This document shows positions 30,854 to 41,059 of a stretch of 64,000 nucleotides of DNA, one piece after another (position 1 is the first letter of the stretch; the number at the start of each line of letters is the position of its first letter). The position numbers and the translations under genes are program-made. The notes below the pieces were generated by a model. That model saw only the letters and a list, made by a program, of their open reading frames with translations. It searched no databases and was not told the DNA's origin. The DNA comes from an uncultured Methanoregulaceae archaeon (lineage in GTDB: Archaea; Halobacteriota; Methanomicrobia; Methanomicrobiales; Methanospirillaceae): NCBI GenBank assembly GCA_963701095.1, contig OY969564.1, positions 1,120,001 through 1,184,000 on the forward strand, read 5' to 3'.

Positions 30854-32590
30854 ATGAAAAAATCACGATTAATGCTCATTGCTCTCGCTGTGTGCTTACT
30901 CTGCCTGTCTGTTGTGTCAGCCGCGACCCTGATGACGAATGCGGGCACAGTACCGTCGGGCTCAACCGGGCAGACAGCTATTTCATCAGGTCTGCCACTC
31001 CTCAAAGCCCAGGAAGAGGAAACCACCACCGAAACGACCATGGAGCCTGTAACCTATCCGACTGAGCAACCTACGGAACAACCTACTCTCAACCCCACTG
31101 AGGTAACCACTCAACCTACGGAACAGCCTACCCTCAACCCCACTGAGGAATCTACCCAACCTACGGAGCAACCTACCCTCAACCCCACTGAGGAATCTAC
31201 CCAACCTACGGAGCAACCTACCCTCAACCCCACCGAGGAAACCATCCAACCCACAGAGTTACCGACCGTCATGCCGATAACTGAAGAGACTACATCCCCC
31301 ATACCGGGACCTTATGCACCGGTCGCCAGTTTTACTGCTTCACCCGCATCCGGCACCGGTCCGCTCACCGTCCGGTTTACGGACACGTCTCTCAACACTC
31401 CTACCATGTGGTACTGGGATTTCGGAGACGGTACAACCGATTCCTCAACCGGGGTCCCGACGCACACCTATACTGATCCGGGGACCTATACGGTGACCAT
31501 GACCGCTACAAACATGTACGGATCCGATACGATCACAGAAACGGATCTCGTGACGGTAAATGGACAGGTAATGAATAACGGTGCGATCTTTGCCCAGTCT
31601 ATCCCAGCCGGAGCCATGATCTATGTGAACGGTAACAGTTACGGGACATCCCCGGTCACGATCAATAACCTTTTCCCGGGAACGTATACAGTCCAGGCGA
31701 GCCTGAACGGGTACTCCCCCGATACTCGGACTGTTTCCGTGTATTCGGGCCGGACCACCGGTTATTATCCGACCATGCAACCCACACCGTACCCACCCAT
31801 GGTTACCGGGGCTGTTTACGCCCAGTCCACTCCTGCCGGGGCAGGCATATACCTGAACGGCGTCTATTACGGTAACTCACCGCTCACCATCAACAATCTT
31901 TTCCCTGGTACCTATTCTATACTGGCGACGTTGAGCGGCTATGCGGCTAATGCCCAGTCGATCACGGTAACCCAGAGTCATACTTCAGGGTTCTACCCGA
32001 CCCTCCAGCCCTCGCCAGGCCCGGAAACTACCGGTGATATCTTCGCCCAGTCCACCCCGGCCGGGGCGGCAATTTATGTAAACAGCCAGTATTTCGGTAT
32101 ATCGCCGCTCACCATCCCGGACCTCGCCCCGGGCACCTATATTATTAAGGCTATGCTGAACGGTTATGCCGACGATATCCAGCGGATTACCGTCAGTCCG
32201 GGCCACGTCTCAATCTATACCCCGGCATTTTATCCATCCCCGCCACCCATCGGATCCGGACAGGGAATTATCGCCGTGTACTGCAATGTTGATGGAGCGC
32301 AGGTCTATTTCGACAATGCCTTTGAGGGAAATGTCTCAAATGGTGTTCTCTTCGTGCCCGTTGCCACCACCGGCACACCGGTCCAGTCGTACCGGGTCCA
32401 GAATACCGGGTATATTCCCTATACCGGTTCAATAACCCAGTGGCCGACAAACGGTGAAACGGTCAAAGTAACAGCAACGCTCGTCCCGTCATCGGTACCC
32501 ACAACACATACACCGCTTCCCGTGCCCGTTACCATCGGTGCACTAATTGGCGCCGGTGCAGTCTTCCTTATAGCAAGAAAAACCCGGTAA
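30854..32590 (+). CDS. Cell-surface PKD + PEGA domain protein with a C-terminal TM anchor
   Basis: Signal peptide; PKD (WYWDFGDG); three PEGA repeats (S.PAGA.IY.NG..YG.SP.TI..L.PG.Y); TPLP + TM + basic tail. Confidence 0.88.
   Translation: MKKSRLMLIALAVCLLCLSVVSAATLMTNAGTVPSGSTGQTAISSGLPLLKAQEEETTTETTMEPVTYPTEQPTEQPTLNPTEVTTQPTEQPTLNPTEESTQPTEQPTLNPTEESTQPTEQPTLNPTEETIQPTELPTVMPITEETTSPIPGPYAPVASFTASPASGTGPLTVRFTDTSLNTPTMWYWDFGDGTTDSSTGVPTHTYTDPGTYTVTMTATNMYGSDTITETDLVTVNGQVMNNGAIFAQSIPAGAMIYVNGNSYGTSPVTINNLFPGTYTVQASLNGYSPDTRTVSVYSGRTTGYYPTMQPTPYPPMVTGAVYAQSTPAGAGIYLNGVYYGNSPLTINNLFPGTYSILATLSGYAANAQSITVTQSHTSGFYPTLQPSPGPETTGDIFAQSTPAGAAIYVNSQYFGISPLTIPDLAPGTYIIKAMLNGYADDIQRITVSPGHVSIYTPAFYPSPPPIGSGQGIIAVYCNVDGAQVYFDNAFEGNVSNGVLFVPVATTGTPVQSYRVQNTGYIPYTGSITQWPTNGETVKVTATLVPSSVPTTHTPLPVPVTIGALIGAGAVFLIARKTR
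31067..31258 (+). repeat. Coding tandem repeat, 45-bp unit x ~4.3 (QPTEQPTLNPTEEST)
   Basis: Units start at 31067, 31112, 31157, 31202, 31247. Confidence 0.95.
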
Positions 32591-32623
32591 TATCCCTTAA
32601 CCTATTTTTCACCGTTCTCTGGG

Positions 32624-33595
32624 CTAACGGGGATCCATCTTTGCCATAGTGACGACGATCTCGCTGATGATTCCCGCAATCTTCTGCATCCGGGGATCCT
32701 TGTCATCGCTGGTAATACTGGTAATCTCCCCCAGCTGCGTGAGCATTTTCTCGTAGCTTTCCCGTATCTCGAGCAGTTTCTGTTCGCTTGCCAGCTCCCG
32801 GGACACATCGCGAAGAATCACCACAACGTAGCGGGCCGTATCCCCCTCGATAAGAGGTATTCGCATCACGGAATATGTTGCCCGGCGGTCATCTATGATG
32901 ATCATCTTTTCCGACTGTTTCATCCGCCGGGTCTCAAGAACCACCAGGTAATCCCGGGGATTACCCAAAAACGAAAGGGATGCACCCTCAAAGACGGACA
33001 CATCTCTTTGTGAAGTGAGATACCCCATCTTTTCGAAAAGGTGTTCGAGGGCAGTATTGAAATAGACCAGATGCATTTCCCGGTTGAGCACAAAAACCGG
33101 GAGATCGATAAGGTCAAGGACCTTTTTTTCAATCGCTGCCGGATAGCGGAGTTTTTCTTCCGGAACAGAAGCTGGTTCTTCGTTTTCTGCAACCTGCCGG
33201 GTTTCATCCCGGTGCTGCAGAAGCCGGTGCTTGTAGAGGGCTATCTCGATCGTGGAATGGAGCTCCCGATCCCGGAATGGCTTCGTGAGATAGCCGTACG
33301 GGCGGGTTTTCATCGCCCGTTTGAAGGTTTTTTCATCAGAATGTGCCGTGAGGTAGACAATCGGGATATGGTACAACCCGGTAATTTCCTCTGCGGTGGC
33401 AATCCCGTCTTTTTCACCCTGAATCCTGATATCCATCAGGATCAGGTCGGGACGGGTTTCTCCGGCCATTTTTATTGCATCCTCGGACGTCGAAACCGTA
33501 TCAACAACAACATATCCCATCGTCTGGAGGGCGTCCTCGATCGTCATTGCAACAATGGTTTCATCTTCCACAATCAGAATCCGTTTATCAGGCAT
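32624..33595 (-). CDS. Response regulator receiver + PAS protein
   Basis: ILIVEDE, DLILMDI, YLTAHSD, PYGYL.KPF; overlaps the upstream kinase. Confidence 0.9.
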   Translation of the reverse strand: MPDKRILIVEDETIVAMTIEDALQTMGYVVVDTVSTSEDAIKMAGETRPDLILMDIRIQGEKDGIATAEEITGLYHIPIVYLTAHSDEKTFKRAMKTRPYGYLTKPFRDRELHSTIEIALYKHRLLQHRDETRQVAENEEPASVPEEKLRYPAAIEKKVLDLIDLPVFVLNREMHLVYFNTALEHLFEKMGYLTSQRDVSVFEGASLSFLGNPRDYLVVLETRRMKQSEKMIIIDDRRATYSVMRIPLIEGDTARYVVVILRDVSRELASEQKLLEIRESYEKMLTQLGEITSITSDDKDPRMQKIAGIISEIVVTMAKMDPR

Positions 33596-35231
33596 CGTGT
33601 TCACCAGATCCTGCGCTCCTTTGAACCGATGCGGGTGCAGCCGGTACCTCCGGGAAACGCATCTGAAAAGATGTGCCCTTATCAGACAGGATTGTAACGT
33701 CTCCTTTGAGCTGATTCCGCACAAGCCTCATGACCAGTTTGAGCCCAAGGCTTTTGATCTGGGCAATATTCATGCCCGGTGGTAAACCCACTCCATCGTC
33801 GCTAACTATGAGCGAGAGCATCGTTCCCGATTCACGGTGGAGGCTGATCCGGATCCGCCCCTGGGTACGTCCCACAAACGCGTGTTTGAGGGCATTTATC
33901 ACCAGTTCGTTGATAATGAGACTGGCAGGGATGGCCATATTCATATCGAGAGTCATATCGTCTACATCTAGATCCAGATCGATATGCACTTCGTGGTCAT
34001 CTGACATCACAAGGGTATTGGCAAGGTTAGAGATATGCAGCCGGGCGTTGATGTTTGCCAGGTTATTTGACTGGTACAGGCTTTCATGCACGAGCGCCAT
34101 GGTGATCACCCGTGTCTCGCATTCATGCAGCGCCTCCAGTGCCTGCTTATTGGTAATCTGCCGTGCCTGGAGCCGGATCAGCCCGGAGATAATCTGGAGG
34201 TTGTTCTTTACCCGGTGGTGGATCTCCATGATTAGGATGGATTTTTCGTCGAGCGATGCCTTAAGCGTCTTTTCGTATTCTTTTCTGTTATCGATATCCA
34301 CAACGGTTCCAACATACCCGGTAATCAGGGCCGCCTGATTCTGTGTTCTTTTTGTAATATCTACAACAGTTCCTACAATTGCCGGCTGTTCCAGGAAAGT
34401 CCCTCTCATCCAGGAAAGTTCAACGATGATCCGTGTCCCGTCCTTTTTTATGCCATGGAACGTGTAATACCCGGGCTCGTCAGGTTCCTCTGTTTTCTGC
34501 TGCAAATGCTGTTCGACAAGTGCCCGGTCTTCTTGTGCGACGAGGAGATCCAGGAACGGTCTGTTGGCGAGATCGTTTCGTAAATACCCGAATATTTTGG
34601 CAAACCAGGGGTTAAGAAAGGTTATGCGCCGGTCCTGCAGCAGGAAGATACCGATAGTTGAATTTTCAACGGGTATCTGATAGATCTCAACCATCATCTG
34701 GCGATGGATCGCTGCACCAAGGATATCCGCTACCGTTTTGAGAGCATCGATCTCGATCTTCGTCAAAACCTGATCTTTTTGGCCCTCCTCGAAAGACAGG
34801 AACCCCCACAAGAGGTAGTCTATCATGATAGGAATGTTTACCACCGGACTCTGTCGAATTTTTCTTGTTGGCCTTTCGAAAAAGAGGGGCGGTCCGGCTG
34901 CGGAAAGACTGGCCGGCCTGCCTTTTGAAAGATCCTGAAACGCCTCTGGGAACAAACGGCTAAACGGGATGCTCTGTGCGGTTGTAGTTCCGGTCCAAGG
35001 CTCTAACGAAGGCCGCGTCCACTCAGATTTCAGGCTGATGCAAAATTTTTCGTCGTGATGAGGACAGGGTTGGTTTTGGAAAACACAGACACGAAAAGCA
35101 TCAGTGGCATGCCCCAGACGCTCCATGACTTCCGGGACCTCGTTTGTCCAGATCGAGCCATGGAGCGGGTCTTTGAGCAAACAAGACGCAGAAAATTGGA
35201 TTGCTTCGAGAATGGCTTCCCGGTGGCTCAT
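33588..35231 (-). CDS. GAF/PAS sensor histidine kinase (HisKA_2 type)
   Basis: EIHHRVKNNLQ, NELVINALKHAF, DDGVG, SLGL. Confidence 0.92.
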   Translation of the reverse strand: MSHREAILEAIQFSASCLLKDPLHGSIWTNEVPEVMERLGHATDAFRVCVFQNQPCPHHDEKFCISLKSEWTRPSLEPWTGTTTAQSIPFSRLFPEAFQDLSKGRPASLSAAGPPLFFERPTRKIRQSPVVNIPIMIDYLLWGFLSFEEGQKDQVLTKIEIDALKTVADILGAAIHRQMMVEIYQIPVENSTIGIFLLQDRRITFLNPWFAKIFGYLRNDLANRPFLDLLVAQEDRALVEQHLQQKTEEPDEPGYYTFHGIKKDGTRIIVELSWMRGTFLEQPAIVGTVVDITKRTQNQAALITGYVGTVVDIDNRKEYEKTLKASLDEKSILIMEIHHRVKNNLQIISGLIRLQARQITNKQALEALHECETRVITMALVHESLYQSNNLANINARLHISNLANTLVMSDDHEVHIDLDLDVDDMTLDMNMAIPASLIINELVINALKHAFVGRTQGRIRISLHRESGTMLSLIVSDDGVGLPPGMNIAQIKSLGLKLVMRLVRNQLKGDVTILSDKGTSFQMRFPEVPAAPASVQRSAGSGEHDA

Positions 35232-35540
35232 ATACCCTGTGTCCTCCTGTGAATATTCCTGATGCCCCCGGTATCGGCGGTGTAATATTCAACGGCAAAT
35301 TAGACAGACCTGATTATAACAGATCAACTATACCTAATTATTGCACATATAAATCCATCGAATCGATAGAAACCTGTGAGCCAGCAGCAGATTATTGTTT
35401 TCAAGGATGTTTTTCAATGAATTTGCTTTTTTGTGCAGTTTATGAAAATTAAAAAAGAATGGCAATGACCAAACAATTTTTTTTGTGATATCTCCCTTTC
35501 GGTTGAAAAAGGATATAGGGGATTATCCATTAAATCTTTT

Positions 35541-35819
35541 TTACAAAGACGCCGGAGGATTTTCCATCTTCCGTGGTGTTCTGCACTCGCGGATAATCAG
35601 GTAAAGCAGGTCTACCAGGAATCCGAAGAAGGGCAGGATAGCAAGAATGGTCCAGACCGGCCCAAGCATCTTCTGTTCTTTTGCGTCCCGGTAGATAAGG
35701 AACGCGATAAGCAGCTGTACGACCCAGATCCCGATCATCAGGAACACCCCGAAGAACGGATGGGCATGCGTGGGATACATCGTGGAACCCATCGTGTGAT
35801 ACATCATGTACGGTGGCAT
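35541..35819 (-). CDS. Small membrane protein with a Met/His-rich N-terminus
   Basis: MPPYMMYHTMGSTMYPTHAHP; IY.DA...W...P..G...YLI.R. Confidence 0.6.
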   Translation of the reverse strand: MPPYMMYHTMGSTMYPTHAHPFFGVFLMIGIWVVQLLIAFLIYRDAKEQKMLGPVWTILAILPFFGFLVDLLYLIIRECRTPRKMENPPASL

Positions 35820-36015
35820 ATGTAAAGTATACGTTACATCAGCGTATATGCTTTTCACTGTTAACACTAATCCGGATTATTAGTAATTCAAGGAATTTTT
35901 TTTGATTTGACGCTCATGTGCCGTTATTATCGATCTGATTTCTTTGGCTGGGATAACCACATAACTGGGTACAGCCACAACGATTTTCCCTTTACACAGA
36001 CTTTAAGAAAATATC

Positions 36016-36633
36016 ATGAACGGGAAAATACTGTGGCTTTTTACCGGGGCACTTATTTTCCTGTACATTCTTTCAGCCGGGTGTATCGCCCCACAATCCG
36101 CAGTGAATACCACGGAACCAGTAAATATCATTGATACCGTCACTCCGGTGATCCTCACTACTCCCCTCGTATCTGTGCCTGTCACCCCGATTACAACTAC
36201 AACAACTCCCACAATACCATCAACAACCTTCGCAGTCCCGGTTTCGGAACCGGTCGTCACACTGACGACAAAATCTATCCCGTATCCCACGATGTCATCA
36301 ATCTACCTCTACGGTGTCAATGCGTACGTTGCACCTCTTGCTTTTGACAATCAGGGTACGATAACAAAAGGAAATATCACGATATCAGGACTCATCCAGT
36401 CCCTTTCATCCTATCCGTTGCAGGTCGTCATGAGAGGTGAGGTAATAGGTGCGCATCCCCCGACTATGCCTCCCCGGGCCACGGCATACCAGACAGTGAC
36501 AATCACACCCCACGGGGTTGCAGGATTCGTTCTCGAGATGGACGACTATGTGTTCAACTATCGGCTGGATTATGCCTTTGCACACGAGACCTACAATATT
36601 ACGGTGATGAACATCTCCATTGCGCAATCGTAA
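36016..36633 (+). CDS. Predicted lipoprotein, Thr/Pro-rich
   Basis: LSAGC lipobox. Confidence 0.7.
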   Translation: MNGKILWLFTGALIFLYILSAGCIAPQSAVNTTEPVNIIDTVTPVILTTPLVSVPVTPITTTTTPTIPSTTFAVPVSEPVVTLTTKSIPYPTMSSIYLYGVNAYVAPLAFDNQGTITKGNITISGLIQSLSSYPLQVVMRGEVIGAHPPTMPPRATAYQTVTITPHGVAGFVLEMDDYVFNYRLDYAFAHETYNITVMNISIAQS

Positions 36634-36644
36634 CGTGAAAAAAA

Positions 36645-37091
36645 TCACGTCACAAACCGATCCTGCCAGACATAGGTCTTCTCAGTCACCAGTCCGCATT
36701 CCCCGAAAAATGCTGAGAGGAATGTATCAGATTCGGCAACAAGCGTAGTCAGGTACGTGATTTTTCGTTCCCGGAGGAGATCAAGAAGGGCCTGCATCAA
36801 AAGATGGCCGAACCCTTGACCCCGGGATGTAGGACAGACGTAGAAATTATCAAGGTATACCCAATGAAAGGACATAATCTTGCAAAAGCAAAAGCCTACT
36901 AGGTCTCCATCGTTTTCAAGGACAAGCAAGAGATTTTCGTCCGGTGAAGCGATCCATTCTGCCAGTTCCTCTCGCTCGTAGAACCGGATTGTTTTGTTTA
37001 CGCCAAAGGCCGGTTCTTTTATACCAAGAGAAAAGATGGCATCAATATCGGTAGAGATTGCATGCCGGACAATAGCCGTCAAATCGCTCAC
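36645..37091 (-). CDS. GNAT family N-acetyltransferase
   Basis: V.P..RGQGFG..L acetyl-CoA motif. Confidence 0.85.
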   Translation of the reverse strand: MSDLTAIVRHAISTDIDAIFSLGIKEPAFGVNKTIRFYEREELAEWIASPDENLLLVLENDGDLVGFCFCKIMSFHWVYLDNFYVCPTSRGQGFGHLLMQALLDLLRERKITYLTTLVAESDTFLSAFFGECGLVTEKTYVWQDRFVT

Positions 37092-37480
37092 TCCTCTTGT
37101 ATCTCATAATATTTCCTGTCATGGACGCAGAGAATACTTTTATTAAAAGCCCATTTTTTATGTTCATTTTCCATGAATTTTTCGATTCCCTGATCACGGA
37201 TATATTCAAGGTTTTCAATTTCGCTCATACCATACCTCGTCCGGTACCTGGTATCCAGATGTCTCAATCGCTCGCAGGGAAACTCCTGACAGGTGTAACA
37301 AAACGGTCCTTTACGTTTGTTGCACGTCCGTAACCGACACTGTACCCGGGATTTGGATTGGTCAGGCGTCATCGCGTTACACCCGGGACAAGCATTTTTC
37401 CGGCGTAAATGTACTTTGCAGATCCCACAATTCATCCCGCAGGGCGCAATGAGATTGTTGTCAAATGCTGGGTTTACCAT
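37088..37480 (-). CDS. DUF3795 Cys-rich protein
   Basis: IAPCG.NC..C, CPGC, FCY.C.EFPC. Confidence 0.8.
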   Translation of the reverse strand: MVNPAFDNNLIAPCGMNCGICKVHLRRKNACPGCNAMTPDQSKSRVQCRLRTCNKRKGPFCYTCQEFPCERLRHLDTRYRTRYGMSEIENLEYIRDQGIEKFMENEHKKWAFNKSILCVHDRKYYEIQEE

Positions 37481-37829
37481 GCTTTTTCCACCAGAAAGCA
37501 ATAAGAGGGATTGCAAACATCAGCAGGTAATAGATGTACACGTCCGGTTTGTAGTATATCTCCGGTTTCAGTAACAAAACGATAAAGACATAATCGCATA
37601 GTGTGGCTATCACAGTCCAGACCACTGCTACCATCAGATAATACCGGAAATATTCACTATTTATCTGTTTGAACAAGACCCAGAACATGATGATAATACC
37701 GACCGGAAGGATCGCCCAGCCAATCAGTGAAAGGGGAAGCACAAAAAACAGGATGATACCCAGAACATAACCGATAAACCAAAGAAGAAGACCCCAGCCT
37801 AACGTATCGATGAGTACTTTTTTATCCAT
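37461..37829 (-). CDS. Hypothetical 4-TM membrane protein
   Basis: WG..LW..GY.LG, YYKPD..IYY. Confidence 0.65.
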   Translation of the reverse strand: MDKKVLIDTLGWGLLLWFIGYVLGIILFFVLPLSLIGWAILPVGIIIMFWVLFKQINSEYFRYYLMVAVVWTVIATLCDYVFIVLLLKPEIYYKPDVYIYYLLMFAIPLIAFWWKKHGKPSI

Positions 37830-37939
37830 AGGATTACCGTATTTCGAATATTATCCTGATGGGGATTAAACTGGTGCTTTTGAACCTGATGGATCACGCA
37901 GTTCTAAAAAATAAGGGAAAAAAGTCCCTTTATTCCTGA

Positions 37940-38833
37940 TTAATACCCGTGAAGCTCGGCGTCAATCTTATCCAGTTGGGCAATCCGCTTTTCCAGCGGC
38001 GGATGAGTGGCGAAGAGCTCCATGATTTTATTCCCGGAAAGGGCAGGGATGATGAAAAATGCGTTTGCGCCCTGGATCTTCGCCTTTGCCTGCGGCGGTA
38101 CCACGTCCATTCTGGTGCTGATTTTATTCAACGCAGAAATGAGTGCCTTAGGATTTCCCGTGATGAGCGCACTGCCCCGGTCTGCTGCAAATTCCCGGTA
38201 CCGGGAGAGTGCAAGCATCAGGAGAGTTGCAACAACCCAGACGACGACGGAAGCTAACCCGATAATTATCAGGCCACCGCCGTTCCTTCGCCCCCCGCCA
38301 CTGGTTCCGCCCAACAATGCAGAGAATAAAAGACTCTGCATAATCATCGAAGCGATCATTGCAACGAAACTCGCAAGCGTCATCGTGAGTATATCGCGGT
38401 TCTTTACATGGGAAAGTTCGTGAGCCAGAACTGCCTCCAGTTCATCCCGATTGAGCATTTTCAGGATCGAGTCGGTGCAGGCAACCACCGCATGTTTTGG
38501 GCTTCGACCCGTTGCAAATGCATTGGGTACCGGACTTGGCATGATCGCGATCCGTGGCATCGGAAGATCCGCTTCTTTACACAGTTTCTCGACTATTTGG
38601 TGGAGCTCAGGATATTCATCTTCGCTCACGATGCGGGCTTTCGTACTCCAAAGCACCAGCTGGGCCGAGAAGAAATACTGGACAAATGCAAATCCAACGG
38701 CAAGAAGTATTATCAAACCGAACCCGGCGCCGTATTCAAAGAGAATTGTCATAAATACGAGATAGACAATGAACAGCAGGAACATTGTCATCCATACCCG
38801 GGCGGTCAAACCCCAATCACGTTTCCATTCCAT
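37940..38833 (-). CDS. htpX: Zinc metalloprotease HtpX
   Basis: PNAFATGR, AHELSH, SRYRE..AD, THPP. Confidence 0.93.
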   Translation of the reverse strand: MEWKRDWGLTARVWMTMFLLFIVYLVFMTILFEYGAGFGLIILLAVGFAFVQYFFSAQLVLWSTKARIVSEDEYPELHQIVEKLCKEADLPMPRIAIMPSPVPNAFATGRSPKHAVVACTDSILKMLNRDELEAVLAHELSHVKNRDILTMTLASFVAMIASMIMQSLLFSALLGGTSGGGRRNGGGLIIIGLASVVVWVVATLLMLALSRYREFAADRGSALITGNPKALISALNKISTRMDVVPPQAKAKIQGANAFFIIPALSGNKIMELFATHPPLEKRIAQLDKIDAELHGY

Positions 38834-38996
38834 ATTTGTTCCCTCCCCGGAGATTCATTTCCTCATTCTATAGCTAACCATGATCGCTCAATCCTATATT
38901 GTTTGTCTTGGTATCCTGATAAGAGTGCAGATGATGACCAATGTTTCTGAAGTAAAATTTCGTTTTAAAAAAGACGATTTTTGTAATTCCGTTTTA

Positions 38997-39569
38997 TTAA
39001 ATCACGTACGGAATAAGCGCTTTTATTTCCCTCTTGTACCGGGCATATTCCTCGCCGAACTCCTCCTCAAGGAACTTTTCCTCAATCCGGAATTTTATAA
39101 CGAAAAGGACAAAGATCAGGGGAACGCAGCAAAAGACCCATACATACCCGATACCGATAGCAGTCCCAAAAAACGCAAGGATGAGCCCCGAGTAGATGGG
39201 ATGGCGGACAAAACTGTACGGTCCCGTGCGAGTGATAGTATGCTCCTCGCGGATAACCGGCATCCCGCTCCAGTTCTTTCCCAGGTGGACCCGGGCCCAA
39301 ATGGCAAATGCAAGACCGGCGACCGTGATAATCAAGCCGGCGATGGTGAACCCGATCCCTGCAGGGATTATCCGGTCGCTCATTAAATCGGGCACAAACA
39401 CAGTGACGAGAATTACCCAGATTACGACCCAGACGCCTCCATAGGATAAAAATGCGAATCGCGACTGTTTTCTTTTTACCGGCGACCGGGTGATCCATGC
39501 TGAGACCAGCCAGTAAATGTAGAACGCGACCCAGACAAGGAGAAAAAGGAGATCAGCAGCGATTTGCAT
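38997..39569 (-). CDS. Isoprenylcysteine carboxyl methyltransferase (ICMT/PEMT) family protein
   Basis: LGKNWS, TGPY..VRHPIYSG, EE..L...FGEEY..Y. Confidence 0.85.
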   Translation of the reverse strand: MQIAADLLFLLVWVAFYIYWLVSAWITRSPVKRKQSRFAFLSYGGVWVVIWVILVTVFVPDLMSDRIIPAGIGFTIAGLIITVAGLAFAIWARVHLGKNWSGMPVIREEHTITRTGPYSFVRHPIYSGLILAFFGTAIGIGYVWVFCCVPLIFVLFVIKFRIEEKFLEEEFGEEYARYKREIKALIPYVI

Positions 39570-39734
39570 CGTTTCCTCCCCGCAGGGATATCAGTGCTTT
39601 TCGGTAGGCAGGAAAAGGAGTCATGACGGGTTTGCTCTGAATTTAATATGATATATCTGGAGGGAACGAAAAAAAGTATTCCCATATCGAAAGGACGCAG
39701 GCATCGATCCAAACACGCTTTCGTGCAGATTTCA

Positions 39735-40229
39735 TTATTTTTCGGGTTCGAGCCGTAGCAGAACTGCATCCCCATCCTTCCGCGTGGAAACGAGAAAGTT
39801 TTCTTTTACCTTGGTGCCATTCTCGTTCCGGATAAGCATAGCAGATCGGCGGGTTATCTCTTTTCCTGAAGTATAGGTCTCGATCACCGATGATCTGATG
39901 ACACAATCCGGGCAATTAGCGGTCTTACCACATCCCTCGGGAAGACATGCATTAATACATTCAAGAACATCGCCACAGAGTTTTTCTTTCATTAATGCTA
40001 CCGGTTTTTTCGCGGCCACCGTCGCAAGGGTATTTGCCGCAAGGACATTTGCATCACCGTCAACGAGAAGAACAGGTGCGTCAAACATATTGAGAAATTT
40101 CTTAAGATTAAAGCCATATTCCGAAAAAATTCTTTGAAAACAGGAGTTACAAACACCGTGATTTGCACCCTTGCGAGAGGAGGGTTCTTCACTGATAATC
40201 GTGTTGCAGAATGCGCAGATCGTCTTCAT
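39735..40229 (-). CDS. Cys-rich stand-alone PAS-like protein
   Basis: CAFC...HGVCNSC; PVLLVD.D..V.AAN; GDVLEC..A..PEGCG....CPDC.IR. Confidence 0.65.
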   Translation of the reverse strand: MKTICAFCNTIISEEPSSRKGANHGVCNSCFQRIFSEYGFNLKKFLNMFDAPVLLVDGDANVLAANTLATVAAKKPVALMKEKLCGDVLECINACLPEGCGKTANCPDCVIRSSVIETYTSGKEITRRSAMLIRNENGTKVKENFLVSTRKDGDAVLLRLEPEK

Positions 40230-40303
40230 AGCCGGTCAGAGAATTAAATATAAATATGATTTAGATTTATATTTTTGGCTTTAAAATTCTCTTTGTCGGA
40301 GAT

Positions 40304-41059
40304 CTACATCCTCAGCGGCAAGGTTTTCTTGTGCAAAAGCATCGTGGCGATAGTAAACGCAACCGTAAATACGGCCAGTGCGCCGATATCGATCCATACG
40401 GAGAAGTAATGGGTCTCGGTAAACGAGTACCGGACAAGATCGGTGAAGTAGGTGAGTGGAGAACACGCGGAAAGCGCTATGCCCCATGACGGTAACTGGT
40501 CGAGCGGAACGAAAATACCCGAGATGAAGATGAGCGGGAACTTGATGAGTAAGGAAAGCGTCATGGGAGTCGATGGCTCGTCCGTTGGTGGGGCAGCAAT
40601 AAACATCCCTATTGCAGAAAAACACCATGCTGCAAGGAGGATTGAAACAATCAGGATAATCCCGTGTACCAGGGAAAGACCCAGAATCAACGAGATGAAA
40701 ACCGTGATTATCGTGATGCTCAAACCAAAAAGAATAGAGGCGATCATATCGCCAAGGACAATTGCTTCGACGGTTATAGGGCACGAAATGAGCCGTTCCA
40801 GAGTCCCATGTCTTCCTTCCCAGGAGAAAATAGCTGGTGATAACGCAGTAGACGTGAAAAGCAGGGTTACGCCTACAAGACCCGGCAACAGGAAAGTAAG
40901 CGGAAGCTGCTTGTTCCCTGCAAAGAAGGCAAGGAAGAGGAAAACGGGCATGAGAATGCCGAAGATAAGCACAGAATTCTTTGCGTAATAGAGGCGGATA
41001 TCTTTCTTTGCGATCGCCCATGCACGCCGTAGCTGCTCGGAAAGTCCTGCCGGGTTCAC
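40304..41059 (-). CDS. ABC-2 type exporter permease
   Basis: TLERL...P; P..FISG.F.P..LP.W; SPLTY. Confidence 0.88.
   Translation of the reverse strand: MNPAGLSEQLRRAWAIAKKDIRLYYAKNSVLIFGILMPVFLFLAFFAGNKQLPLTFLLPGLVGVTLLFTSTALSPAIFSWEGRHGTLERLISCPITVEAIVLGDMIASILFGLSITIITVFISLILGLSLVHGIILIVSILLAAWCFSAIGMFIAAPPTDEPSTPMTLSLLIKFPLIFISGIFVPLDQLPSWGIALSACSPLTYFTDLVRYSFTETHYFSVWIDIGALAVFTVAFTIATMLLHKKTLPLRM

Noticed and set aside
31067..31258. Possible CRISPR array
   Set aside because: Head-to-tail in-frame coding repeat with no unique spacers; no cas genes in the window
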